Shown piece after piece: positions 46,849 through 57,148 of a DNA stretch of 64,000 nt. The position numbers and the translations under genes are program-made. The notes beneath the pieces are model-generated. The model was given only the letters and a program-made list of their open reading frames with translations. It searched no databases and was not told the origin of the DNA. This DNA comes from a virus (taxonomy: Duplodnaviria; Caudoviricetes). The stretch lies in IMG/VR virus record IMGVR_UViG_3300012983_000001, positions 32,001 through 96,000 of that record. The stretch is one strand, 5' to 3'. Numbering within the stretch: the first letter of the stretch is position 1; the number at the start of each line of letters is the position of its first letter.

Positions 46849-48571
46849 GACTTTCCTCCTTTTCTGATTGATACTTACCAGTAGTAAATCTGCTATCGGT
46901 AATACGTGCTGAGCTTTCACTTTCGATTTGATAAATCACATTCATGGTTTTTGTTCTGATGTTTCCATTACCGTGCGTTGCATCAACCAAATCATTAAAA
47001 TCTTGCTCAATCTTTGCATATAACTCGTACAGAGTTTTAATGTTCTCCCATAACATAAAACTTATACTATTATGTTTATAAGCTTCTGCTGGGCCTCTGT
47101 ATCTGTTATTGATACGTGTTGCTTCAGGGTAATGATTCTGTAATGTAATTGGTGCATAGCCTGTCGTTTCTGTTGGGTCAATCTCAAGTCCTGTAACGAT
47201 TAACGTGGTCGTGGCAATAACATCTTTGTCTTTATATGTAACAAGGAACTCGTTAACACCTACATACTGAATAACATTACTGTTGAGCGCAAAGTCTTTG
47301 ACAATAACAATGGCACCATTGGTATAATGTGCTTTACATATTACCCGTTCAACACTGAAAGATTTACCTTTAGTAACTGGAGCCCCAGTATACTGTGCTT
47401 CGATAAAACTTAAGACAGCTTCTGGCTTGATACCAGTAACTATCATGGTTGTTGAAACAATGCCAGTTTTACCTTGATATTGTACTACGACATGATTAAC
47501 ACCTTCATGTTCTACGGTCTTATTTGAAAACGTACATCTATCAGGACTAATATCTTCATAATAGGCATTGACATTATCATTAGCCTGGTAATAGATTTTG
47601 ATTTTACAATAACTCGTATCGAAATTATTGCCAACCTCAACATTAGGTCCATCATAGTATGCAATCAATCTGGATGAGGATACCTCATACGTTGGTATAA
47701 CAACGTTTGCATAGAACCCTTTATAATAAATAGTGATAACTCCAGCATTGTTTGCACTCACCACGTTCCCGCTAGGGAACGAAAAATCTGTAACTGTTGC
47801 TGTTGATTCATCTGAATATTGCGCAACAACGTAAAAGTATTTACGTAATGCTTCTTGGCCATAAGCAATACTTGGACCATCATAGAATGCCTCAATGCCA
47901 ATCAAGCTTTTAGTACCTTCAATGATTGCTGTTGTAATAAACGTTGTTCCAGTTGGAGACGTATAAGTAATCTTAATTGTATTACTTGCCAGTTGTGTAA
48001 TAACCTTATCATCTGGTTCAACATTATAGCCTTCCTTAATTTGTACTCTATTACCATCCGCATAAACAGCCCATACTTCCAGATATTTATCTTCGAATGC
48101 AGTACCGACAGGAACAGCTGCTCCAGTATACTTTGCAACAATAGTTACTATATCAGGAGTGGCATACTGGTCCACATACACAATAGCATAATGGTCAAAG
48201 CGTTTCTTGGTTGAATCTGCATGGAAGATAACACTACTTTCGGTAACTACAAATGGCTCATAATAGTATTGCGCACTATTTTCTGAATCATCTTCTACAT
48301 CAACTGTCTTATCATATTCATTGATTTTCTTGGTAATGTCATTGTAATTATCGTCTATATCAAGAATAGATGTATATCCAAATTCTGAAATAGGCACAAC
48401 CTTATACACACAACCGTTAACGACATTTGTTGGATTGTCAATTTGAATTTCTGGAGTACCATAGAATACTTTTGTATCAACAGGAAGTTGAGTAAATGTT
48501 CCGTATTCTTTACCAAGGTCTGGAATTAAGTTACCTTCTACTCTACACCATTCATATCTAAATACAGCCAT
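46841..48571 (-). CDS. Virion protein with four bacterial Ig-like repeats
   Basis: Repeated A.Y.G..V..G..F......V.A.Y.DG units. Confidence 0.7.
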   Translation of the reverse strand: MAVFRYEWCRVEGNLIPDLGKEYGTFTQLPVDTKVFYGTPEIQIDNPTNVVNGCVYKVVPISEFGYTSILDIDDNYNDITKKINEYDKTVDVEDDSENSAQYYYEPFVVTESSVIFHADSTKKRFDHYAIVYVDQYATPDIVTIVAKYTGAAVPVGTAFEDKYLEVWAVYADGNRVQIKEGYNVEPDDKVITQLASNTIKITYTSPTGTTFITTAIIEGTKSLIGIEAFYDGPSIAYGQEALRKYFYVVAQYSDESTATVTDFSFPSGNVVSANNAGVITIYYKGFYANVVIPTYEVSSSRLIAYYDGPNVEVGNNFDTSYCKIKIYYQANDNVNAYYEDISPDRCTFSNKTVEHEGVNHVVVQYQGKTGIVSTTMIVTGIKPEAVLSFIEAQYTGAPVTKGKSFSVERVICKAHYTNGAIVIVKDFALNSNVIQYVGVNEFLVTYKDKDVIATTTLIVTGLEIDPTETTGYAPITLQNHYPEATRINNRYRGPAEAYKHNSISFMLWENIKTLYELYAKIEQDFNDLVDATHGNGNIRTKTMNVIYQIESESSARITDSRFTTGKYQSEKEESHE

Positions 48572-48580
48572 TTAACTCAC

Positions 48581-50623
48581 CTACCTTCCTGTGATTCTAA
48601 AGTTTACGAGCTCTGGAGATACATTACGGTCCGTACTGGAAAGCACAGCCATGATTCTAAACGAAAGGCTATTGTTTTCAAAGTAGCCTATCATATCTTC
48701 ATTCAGTGCGTAATAACTGATAAAGTATCCCATATCATTCAGGTCTGACTGAATCATGTCATCTGGATTACACTTAACATAAACGTAACCATCTTTAATG
48801 GTGTAATACTGATAGGTATCGCCTATTAGTTTGTCTAATACGCCATTACTGGTATATTTCATTGGTACGAAACCAAATACATCGTTCGTAAGTGCCTTAA
48901 AGTTTAAGTTATGATACAGATGCTTAATAGTTGCATTATTACTTGGACAGTAAATGGCTATCTGAATCTTATTGATGCCTTTACGTAATGCAAATGAATA
49001 CTGTTTATTCTCAGTTGTAGTTACTTCGTATCCATTGACAAAGATACGGATTTCGGCATTAGCATCTGTTTTGTAATCATCTTCAACGACCTTTACGAAC
49101 TTGTTAAATAAATTCATTGACCGTTCTAATGAAACAAACTGAGTCATTACGTATAAGACATTGGTCTGGATACCAAATTTATCATAATTCTCACAATCCA
49201 TAAATAACTGAGACATGTTACAGTGACTAACATGAGTACTAAAGTCACCTGTTGCCAAATTAAATCCGTCTTCGTTGGAATCGCCTGCTTTGCGGTTATA
49301 TCGCTTAACAGACCACATGTTATAAGCAGGAGTAAGCTTAATACTGTTTTGATTGATGTTCTCTGGAAGCTTAAAAAGCTTATACAGGTTCAACAGTTCG
49401 CCTTCTTCTGCAAATCCGTTAACGTGATAGTTTAAAATCTTGTGTCGCTTACTAAACATCGTTAACGGGTAATCTTTGTGGTTTTCAATCGCATCCCAGC
49501 CTATCTTATCGACGCCATTATCAAAACCGATAAAGTAATCTATTCTTGTACTGCTGAATACCATATCGGTAGCATCTAACTTTATCGTACTGGTCAAATC
49601 ATTGAAGACAATCGGTTTGGATACAAATATTGACTTTGACTCAAACTCTTCTTTGGCAATCGAAATATTCTTTAAGATGAAATAATATTCGTGCGCACTG
49701 CCGTCTGTGCTTAATCCATCTGGCTCAGTCTTATGGCAAATAATCTTTAAATATCTTGCTGTCTTTACATTGAAATTCCATTCTGCATAATCTCTATTAT
49801 TGACATCATATACAGGGATAAAGTTTTCATTGTCTTCGGATAAGTATAATTCACACGGCATTACTCGTGTAGATGTAAAAGAAAACGATACTGTATTAAA
49901 TGTCAGCATAGACCCAAGGTCTACATGGATTTCAATCGTCTTTTCGTTTGTACCCGTGCTTTGAGCTACTAGAATGTACATGTTAGTTGCGACGTCGTCT
50001 AAGACATGTTGCAGGGTACCTTTTGCTGTGTATCCACTGAAACCATTCAGGCCTTTGATTGCAATTGTGGCATTCTGTAATGCAATCTTATTCATCTTTG
50101 CACTCATACGGTCCGTGTACAGTTTCTTTTGTAGTAAGTCCACAAAGGATGTGGTATATGGAATATTACGCTTGGCATCTCCGTAAAACTCTACGCCATA
50201 CAGGTCATCAAATACTTGTACATATTGTTTGACATGACTAGTAGTTCTTAACGCATCAGTAACGTTTTCAACACGTAATGCTAATTTTGTTAATGCGTTA
50301 CGCACGCGATGCTGTTCTAAGTCATAATATTCCTGCATGGCAACAGCCTTGTTATTTGCCTCGATATTAGCCTGATAAATAGTTTCCATATCTTCGCCAA
50401 GAGTTCTAAAGTTATGATTATAATCGTCCTTACTGGACTCTTCGTAAGGCTTTTGTTTAATCGGTTTATAACAAGGCATTCCCATAATATGATTATCAAA
50501 GTACTCTGCCAGCAGTCTATTGAGTTCGAAGTTATTTGGTTCGACACCTTTACGTAAAAGCTGCTGTGTGAATTCTTCAGTTTTTCTTTTTCTTTGAATC
50601 GAACTAATACTCAATAGTCTCAC
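48581..50623 (-). CDS. Putative virion (baseplate-like) protein
   Basis: SKDDYN..DM, discoidin-like IHVDLG..ARYLKI, C-terminal SPELVNFRI. Confidence 0.65.
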   Translation of the reverse strand: MRLLSISSIQRKRKTEEFTQQLLRKGVEPNNFELNRLLAEYFDNHIMGMPCYKPIKQKPYEESSKDDYNHNFRTLGEDMETIYQANIEANNKAVAMQEYYDLEQHRVRNALTKLALRVENVTDALRTTSHVKQYVQVFDDLYGVEFYGDAKRNIPYTTSFVDLLQKKLYTDRMSAKMNKIALQNATIAIKGLNGFSGYTAKGTLQHVLDDVATNMYILVAQSTGTNEKTIEIHVDLGSMLTFNTVSFSFTSTRVMPCELYLSEDNENFIPVYDVNNRDYAEWNFNVKTARYLKIICHKTEPDGLSTDGSAHEYYFILKNISIAKEEFESKSIFVSKPIVFNDLTSTIKLDATDMVFSSTRIDYFIGFDNGVDKIGWDAIENHKDYPLTMFSKRHKILNYHVNGFAEEGELLNLYKLFKLPENINQNSIKLTPAYNMWSVKRYNRKAGDSNEDGFNLATGDFSTHVSHCNMSQLFMDCENYDKFGIQTNVLYVMTQFVSLERSMNLFNKFVKVVEDDYKTDANAEIRIFVNGYEVTTTENKQYSFALRKGINKIQIAIYCPSNNATIKHLYHNLNFKALTNDVFGFVPMKYTSNGVLDKLIGDTYQYYTIKDGYVYVKCNPDDMIQSDLNDMGYFISYYALNEDMIGYFENNSLSFRIMAVLSSTDRNVSPELVNFRITGR

Positions 50624-52379
50624 CTCCAGTGGTTATCTTAAGTTTGTACTGGTAAACGATTGGCGTGCAGTACTCTAAGTTCTCTACGCCTACTGGTCTG
50701 TTCATCTCGATTTTCAGCTGTACAGACTTTGGTTCTCCTACGATACTTAAGTTTCTACTCTTCTTCTGTGTGCTGTCGTCTGCCAAGAGGTTTTCGATGG
50801 AATCATTATTAACGTAATACTTATAAACACCTTGATATGCTCTATGCATTGGATATATCTGATGCCATGTAACGCCGCCGTTTAAGCTTACGTAATATCT
50901 TAAGATGTCTGGGTCATCACCAGGAATATATTCGACGGAGTCCAATGTAATACTTGTGATAATATCATCTGTCGTAAACTGTTTGCTTACGTATTCTCCA
51001 GTTTCTTTAAAGGTGCATGAAGATATTCTGATGTCACGGATACCTATCATGTATCTGTAAGCATCAATGATTTCTTGTCCTGACTTACAGGTAATCGTGC
51101 TTTCTGGTAATGTGAATAGTTTATCCTGTGTATAGGTTGCATCTGGTAACGGAGATAATGTATCTGGATATGTAATCCACTTTGTTGTTGGGTCATATTT
51201 GGCCCCTAGCAGGCCCACAGATGCTTTTTGTCCATCCACCCTAGCAAACATATCAGAATAATCGTAATCTTGAAATATGGACATGTTAGACGTGTTTGCC
51301 GACGTATAATAAAAATGTCCTATTTTGGTTAGGTATTTTGCAGGCTGTTTGAACGTAAATTCAATACGGCTTACTTCTTGTGGCGGGAATGGGAACACCA
51401 ATGTATCATTAAAGATTTGGTTAAGTGCCACTTCATATACATTATTAGAGGCCGTAATCACTTCGCACTTTTCTAAGTATCCGCTCTTTACGCCTTTGAT
51501 TTCTGATAAATACGGATTAATAGATACCCATGAACATGTAGTATCTGCCGCCAAATGAACGATTAACTTCAAACGCAAGATATCGTCGTTATTAACCCAA
51601 CTTACGCCTTCGTCATATTCAAATCCATATGAATTACATTGCTTTCTTACTTCGTCGGTAATAGCAAATAATTCGAACTCAAACCAAGTATCTGGTCTGC
51701 CATCTACCATGGAACTAGGGTCGTTATGCAAACCATCCTGTCCAATGAAATGCAGTTCGTTATTTAATGTATCGACACAGTGAGTATTACCTGGGAAACC
51801 ATTGCTTATTTCGCTGTCTATTTCTAATTTAGCTACGGTTGCATGGGCTCTTGTAGTTTGCTTTAAAGTCAGCACGCCATCCGTGGTATTTAGATAACAA
51901 CTATTGTCGGCATTGGTATTGCCCATCATTTCCTGGTCATTAAATAATTCTGTAAATACGACGGTCCCCATTGGCTGGTTCTTAGTAATACTCTCGCCTA
52001 TTGCAGCAATCTTCTTAGAGATATACGCTAACTCGTTCAACAACATTGTTCTACTGAGCTCTGCATCAGTAAAGGACTGCGAAATTAGTTTGCTTAATAT
52101 TTCGCAGTCCTTAATGATATACTCCATGTCACTATATGATTCTACAATCATTTTGTTATACTCATCAGACATTGGAGTACTAACTGCTGGTCTGTATTGA
52201 AACGTTGGTTTTGTTAACGATTCATAGAACTGTGTTAGCATTTCTTTGATTCTGTAATAGTACTCTGTTTCTGTTCTGATATTACCGTTCTTGTAATCAT
52301 AATTGATTTGAGACAAAAGGGTATTGAGCTTGTTATCTATCGCCGTGCTTTTATTAGTATATTGTAACAAGTTACCCAT
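50604..52379 (-). CDS. Putative virion (baseplate-like) protein
   Basis: SDEYN..DM, MVDGRPDTWFE, SLNGGVTW, TPIVYQYKL. Confidence 0.65.
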   Translation of the reverse strand: MGNLLQYTNKSTAIDNKLNTLLSQINYDYKNGNIRTETEYYYRIKEMLTQFYESLTKPTFQYRPAVSTPMSDEYNKMIVESYSDMEYIIKDCEILSKLISQSFTDAELSRTMLLNELAYISKKIAAIGESITKNQPMGTVVFTELFNDQEMMGNTNADNSCYLNTTDGVLTLKQTTRAHATVAKLEIDSEISNGFPGNTHCVDTLNNELHFIGQDGLHNDPSSMVDGRPDTWFEFELFAITDEVRKQCNSYGFEYDEGVSWVNNDDILRLKLIVHLAADTTCSWVSINPYLSEIKGVKSGYLEKCEVITASNNVYEVALNQIFNDTLVFPFPPQEVSRIEFTFKQPAKYLTKIGHFYYTSANTSNMSIFQDYDYSDMFARVDGQKASVGLLGAKYDPTTKWITYPDTLSPLPDATYTQDKLFTLPESTITCKSGQEIIDAYRYMIGIRDIRISSCTFKETGEYVSKQFTTDDIITSITLDSVEYIPGDDPDILRYYVSLNGGVTWHQIYPMHRAYQGVYKYYVNNDSIENLLADDSTQKKSRNLSIVGEPKSVQLKIEMNRPVGVENLEYCTPIVYQYKLKITTGGETIEY

Positions 52380-52391
52380 AATGATTCTCCT

Positions 52392-52670
52392 TTATTTCAG
52401 TGTTTTAACAATCTCATGTCTGATTAACAATAAGATACTGCGAGGACAAATCTGTTGGCAAGCAGCTGCCATGTATGCGTTACCAGAAAAATCAGCACTC
52501 ATGCAATCGAAAACAGCATCTGCAACTTCAATTGCAGATGCTCCTTCGTCCATTTTCTTCATGCCCGCATCCTTAATTGTAGCGCGTACAAAATTATCCA
52601 ATGTGTCGGCAGTATACTTATCAATAACCCCTTGAACAGCTTTTTTCATTGTATCTGTATAAGAAGTCAT
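52392..52670 (-). CDS. Small helical hypothetical protein
   Basis: AGGAGG RBS. Confidence 0.75.
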   Translation of the reverse strand: MTSYTDTMKKAVQGVIDKYTADTLDNFVRATIKDAGMKKMDEGASAIEVADAVFDCMSADFSGNAYMAAACQQICPRSILLLIRHEIVKTLK

Positions 52671-52683
52671 GATAGCTTACCTC

Positions 52684-52998
52684 CTACTCTTCTGTGGTTT
52701 CGACAGTTGCCGCATCTAATGCTTCGATACGTCTCTGTACTTCGCCCTGCATGTAAAGTGCAACGTTGTGCATTGAATCGCCCATACCAACAAGACCAAA
52801 GCCTGTCTGGTGAAGGTCTAATTTAGCTACTGCATCATATGCATTACATGCGATTTCTTCTGCGGACAGACCTGCTTCCATGCCCTGACGGATTACTGTT
52901 GACGGGAACATGCAGTTCTGTACGTTTGTAAAGTGACCCATGATTTCATAACCTGCGTCACATACGGATTGAATTTGTTCTTCTGTGTACTTAGCCAT
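52684..52998 (-). CDS. Small helical hypothetical protein
   Basis: AAGGAGG RBS. Confidence 0.75.
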   Translation of the reverse strand: MAKYTEEQIQSVCDAGYEIMGHFTNVQNCMFPSTVIRQGMEAGLSAEEIACNAYDAVAKLDLHQTGFGLVGMGDSMHNVALYMQGEVQRRIEALDAATVETTEE

Positions 52999-53291
52999 TA
53001 GTTATTACCTCCTTCTGCGATAATCTTTCTGATTTCGGACATTGCAAATCTTACATTATTTGCTGTCAGTCCCTGGTTCAAGCAGGTTGGCATCAAGTAG
53101 GATTGTCCTGCTCCACAACCGTGTCTTACGGTATCAAAGGAGTCAAGGTATGTAGTCATTTCTAAGATAGTATCTTCCGTAGGATTCTTGATGATTTCGT
53201 TTGCTGCATGAGTAATCTCTTGTGTCTGTAAGAATTCATGACAGTACTGATATAATACATCATGAATCTGTTGCTGTTGTTGTGTTGTCAT
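52998..53291 (-). CDS. Small helical hypothetical protein
   Basis: AAGGAGG RBS. Confidence 0.75.
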   Translation of the reverse strand: MTTQQQQQIHDVLYQYCHEFLQTQEITHAANEIIKNPTEDTILEMTTYLDSFDTVRHGCGAGQSYLMPTCLNQGLTANNVRFAMSEIRKIIAEGGNN

Positions 53292-53307
53292 GGTTTAATC
53301 CTCCTTT

Positions 53308-55575
53308 TTAGATTGTTGTGAACTCCAACTTGTATTTATTGAGCACTGGTGTTATCCAGCTGTCTCTCTTAGTATTACGACGCAGTATGGCTTTTACTCT
53401 AATCTTGCAATCGAAACTCGGATAATTGACTTCAATCTTCTGAGTTTTAAGAATTGGCCGATTAAAATAAATATACCTCCCATTAGTATAATACTGTATT
53501 TTGTTCGTATTTGCAATAAAGTTCTTATAACTCTCAGCAGGATTTTCTTTATTTGTTACACATTGAATTGGACTATCCTCTGAATTTGTCTGATTCATCA
53601 CCTTGTTAGTGGTAATATCAATGATTTTTACATAGCTGGAAGTAAGTCCTGGCTGTGTACGACTATAATACGGATAGTTCTGAAGCTGGTATGCACCTGT
53701 GCCGTCTCCCATGATTTCTTCGTATGTATTGGATGGGATTGGGTCTTCTTCACTAATCAGGTTTAATTCTTTCGAAGAATCTGTTGGCTGATAGGATACA
53801 GTATACATTGCAAAGTGGTCGATATTGGATATCTCTACTGCAATAACATTACCTTCTTCGTCGTATCTTAAGATATAGTCTGCATCTTCTGTCATTACAA
53901 TATCGTTCATGTAAACAATAGGACGAATCATTTCCATTTGCTGATTGCCATCTTTATCACTAGTAAGAACGTTACCACATACCGCTTTATGTCTTAAGTA
54001 ACAATAAGCATAATCCAGCTGTAACAATTCTTTATAGACGTAGTTTTTGTTTACTGGACATATAGGTTTCCAGTCTTGGTAAGTCGGATTTTGCTTTGTC
54101 GTAACATAAAACTCAATATCAGTTGCAATATAACCATCAGTGGTTCTGTAATGTTCTTCTTCAGATTCTAATCTGATAGTATCTATTGCACCATCTACTT
54201 CGATTTCCTGGGACACATACACGCTGGCTTTCTGGAATTCTACAAAGTTAGGAGCTATATTGTAAAAGCCGTATGTATACTGATACTTGGTAACAGGTAA
54301 CATTTTATTATTGTTGTTAATCAATAAATCGTTTACATCAAGTACTTTGTTAGTAACGATTTTGTTATTGATATAACGCCACACTGGGTCTTCTGCTGCA
54401 CGGTCCAGATATAATGGAGCAAACACACTTGTGCTTTCCATTACTGCATTCTCTGCTTCGTTGTACGTTGCCTTAAACCAAAGTTCGTTTTTAAACATTT
54501 GGTTACAAGAAATCATATAGGTATCTTTAATACAATGTAACTGATTGATTAAGATATAAAGCTTTTTGCATGTTACCTCTGGAAAATGAAATGCATATTC
54601 TTGACCAATCGTCTGGCTATCTAACCATTCATGTACTGGATTATTCGGACAGACAATATCATAAGTATCGTCATCTTCATCATCTGACAGTGCATATCTG
54701 ATAGCTACGATATCTATCGGGAAGCTACCAAATGGTCTTAAGACAATCTCATTCACTTTGGTCAATGCTTCGAATGTCAGGCAGAGCTCACACAAAGCGC
54801 CTCGTGGTAAATCATAAAACGAACGATTTGTTTCTCCCAGCCCTGTAGCATCAGAAAATCCTGCACCACTTACTTTCATTTCAGCATCTGACAAAATAGT
54901 TTCCGCCCAATAGCTACTCATTGATGTGTCAATCGCATTCTCTAAGCGTGCTTCAGAATTGCGTGCTTTAATGAATCCAGAACCATATTGCTTTGTAATA
55001 CTGATTTCGCCAAGCTGTACACCAGATTTGTACACCATAACATTCTGTTGTCTGGAATAATTTAATGTAATGTTTTCCTGTTCAGGATTAAAGCGTACAT
55101 AAGTCGCTAATGGCATTACTTCACCGTATCGTTCGGTGTAAAACTTTTGGTCAGTTTCTTGATAGTTCTGAGTTCTAAATCCTTCGATAAAGCAATCAGG
55201 AGACCCTGCGGTACCAATAACAGCCGCATATTCATCTAATTTATCGTTTAAAGCTGCAATCGTAGAGTACAAAGTATTTACAATACTTTCGTTTAGCATT
55301 TGATGCGCACTAATGGTATTGTAAAGCTCATTGACATAACCGAATGTGGTAACGATATCTAAGTACAGTTCATACGCTGTTTGATTGTAATCCTCTGCAT
55401 TGGTTAATCCGTCCTGCGTTCTTAATGTAGTGGTAAGTAGCTTTTCCTGTACTTTAGCAATTAAGCTAGACTTATACAGGTCTCGTTCCGTATCCGTCAT
55501 GTATCTCATGTCTGATAACTGGGTAATAACTTTTGAAATCATATCTTCCTTGATTTTATCTAATGAAGTTACCAC
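53308..55575 (-). CDS. Putative virion (baseplate-like) protein
   Basis: NAEDYN..DI, NAIDTSMSSYW, TPVLNKYKL. Confidence 0.65.
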   Translation of the reverse strand: MVTSLDKIKEDMISKVITQLSDMRYMTDTERDLYKSSLIAKVQEKLLTTTLRTQDGLTNAEDYNQTAYELYLDIVTTFGYVNELYNTISAHQMLNESIVNTLYSTIAALNDKLDEYAAVIGTAGSPDCFIEGFRTQNYQETDQKFYTERYGEVMPLATYVRFNPEQENITLNYSRQQNVMVYKSGVQLGEISITKQYGSGFIKARNSEARLENAIDTSMSSYWAETILSDAEMKVSGAGFSDATGLGETNRSFYDLPRGALCELCLTFEALTKVNEIVLRPFGSFPIDIVAIRYALSDDEDDDTYDIVCPNNPVHEWLDSQTIGQEYAFHFPEVTCKKLYILINQLHCIKDTYMISCNQMFKNELWFKATYNEAENAVMESTSVFAPLYLDRAAEDPVWRYINNKIVTNKVLDVNDLLINNNNKMLPVTKYQYTYGFYNIAPNFVEFQKASVYVSQEIEVDGAIDTIRLESEEEHYRTTDGYIATDIEFYVTTKQNPTYQDWKPICPVNKNYVYKELLQLDYAYCYLRHKAVCGNVLTSDKDGNQQMEMIRPIVYMNDIVMTEDADYILRYDEEGNVIAVEISNIDHFAMYTVSYQPTDSSKELNLISEEDPIPSNTYEEIMGDGTGAYQLQNYPYYSRTQPGLTSSYVKIIDITTNKVMNQTNSEDSPIQCVTNKENPAESYKNFIANTNKIQYYTNGRYIYFNRPILKTQKIEVNYPSFDCKIRVKAILRRNTKRDSWITPVLNKYKLEFTTI

Positions 55576-57140
55576 TATACCACCTCCTCTGTTCCTAATA
55601 CTTCATAATAGATTCTTGGGTTGTCAAATTCTTTTGTAAGCTTGTGTATCTTATATTCAGCTACAAAAGCAAATGGCTCAGAGCCATCTACTGATTGCCA
55701 TTTACCGTTTACAGTAGCAATGTTGCTGTGAATATCATCTTCAATAGGATGCTCACTGTCCCAGTTTAAATATTGTATAACATTACCTTCGCTGTCATAA
55801 TACTTGCCGTCGATATATGAACGTTGACCATCTATTAAATAACTTGTATCTTGCTTTAGCAATTTAGATACAAAAGTATTTTTTGTGGTAGAGTCTATTT
55901 TACAGAGTTTAAAATCTTCTTGATTAGCTCGATACTGTAAAGCATAAAATGCATCAATATTTACGCTGTCAGCTGCGATAATGGTATTAGCATCATATTT
56001 ATTGTCTTCAGTGGCATATACAGAGAACTTGCTAAGCAGGTTACAAGTAATAATAATTTTACCATCGTCATCTTGCGTGTCTTGAACAATAACATCAAAG
56101 GCATCGGTTTTAAAATGAAACGGAAGCGGAGTGGTGATAGTTTCGTTATCTTTATCGTATTTGAAATACAACTTGACTCTGCCATTCTTATACTTGTTTA
56201 ACGATATATTGTAACTTGCTTTTGACGTTTCGTTAATGTTTGTATACCCATCTGATTCATCGCCAATAGAAACCAAAGAAACAATGCCACTCTGGAAAGT
56301 AAATTCTCCACTATCAAGTAACATGTATCCATTCTTTAAGGCTTCAATAACGTTTTGTGCTCGTGATTGTGTAACCAAGCTAAGAATACGCTTTAACATT
56401 TCGTTTTTCCATGTCGATACGTTAGCGTCTGTATATGCTTGTGCATCTGACAACCATGTAATTGCATTCTCAGTAAACTCTTTTGCATTCACTACAATCT
56501 TAGAAATGTTTGCAATGTATTCTTGCAGATAAGCTAATCCATTTCTTTTAATAACAACAAGCTCTTGATTGTATGTAGAGAATTTATTGCAGTGGTCTAT
56601 CACTGCTTTTTCTAATTGCTCAAGGGCAATTAAATCAATCTGAGCTTGTCTTCCAGTGTATACTAATGCATCCAGTATTTCCTGGTTTGCATGGGAGTGC
56701 GCAAATCCTGAAGTCGGCCAAACAATTTTGGTTAATTCTTCTCGTAATCCCTTAATATCGTCAATGGTTTGTACGTGTTCTAAAGGAATTCTTGCATCAT
56801 ACAATCTAGGGTCATTGCCCTCACAGACAGTGTCAGCGATATCTCCAAAGTCTTTATTAAAAGCAGTCTGTTTATCTATCATTGGCTCTCCGCCGAAATC
56901 TTGGATTGTCAGTGTAATATCGCCAGTCAGTCCATTCAATGCAAATATATATCCTGTCTGTGATGCAATATGTTGCTTGAATCGCTTAAGGGCTTCAAGT
57001 ATAATTGCTTCAGTGGATTCTTTCGTAAAGTTCTTTTCGATATCAAAGTATCGTTGAATAATACGTAACAGGTATCGTTCGACGGCGTCTTTTTCTTTGG
57101 TATATTGATTATCGTTATGTCCTTTTATACTCATGGTCAC
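55575..57140 (-). CDS. Tail-fibre-like protein with a C-type-lectin-like insert
   Basis: CEGNDPRL, HSHAN, coiled coil; YLNWDSEHP..NGKW..FVAEY. Confidence 0.6.
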   Translation of the reverse strand: MTMSIKGHNDNQYTKEKDAVERYLLRIIQRYFDIEKNFTKESTEAIILEALKRFKQHIASQTGYIFALNGLTGDITLTIQDFGGEPMIDKQTAFNKDFGDIADTVCEGNDPRLYDARIPLEHVQTIDDIKGLREELTKIVWPTSGFAHSHANQEILDALVYTGRQAQIDLIALEQLEKAVIDHCNKFSTYNQELVVIKRNGLAYLQEYIANISKIVVNAKEFTENAITWLSDAQAYTDANVSTWKNEMLKRILSLVTQSRAQNVIEALKNGYMLLDSGEFTFQSGIVSLVSIGDESDGYTNINETSKASYNISLNKYKNGRVKLYFKYDKDNETITTPLPFHFKTDAFDVIVQDTQDDDGKIIITCNLLSKFSVYATEDNKYDANTIIAADSVNIDAFYALQYRANQEDFKLCKIDSTTKNTFVSKLLKQDTSYLIDGQRSYIDGKYYDSEGNVIQYLNWDSEHPIEDDIHSNIATVNGKWQSVDGSEPFAFVAEYKIHKLTKEFDNPRIYYEVLGTEEVV

Positions 57141-57148
57141 ACCTGCCT

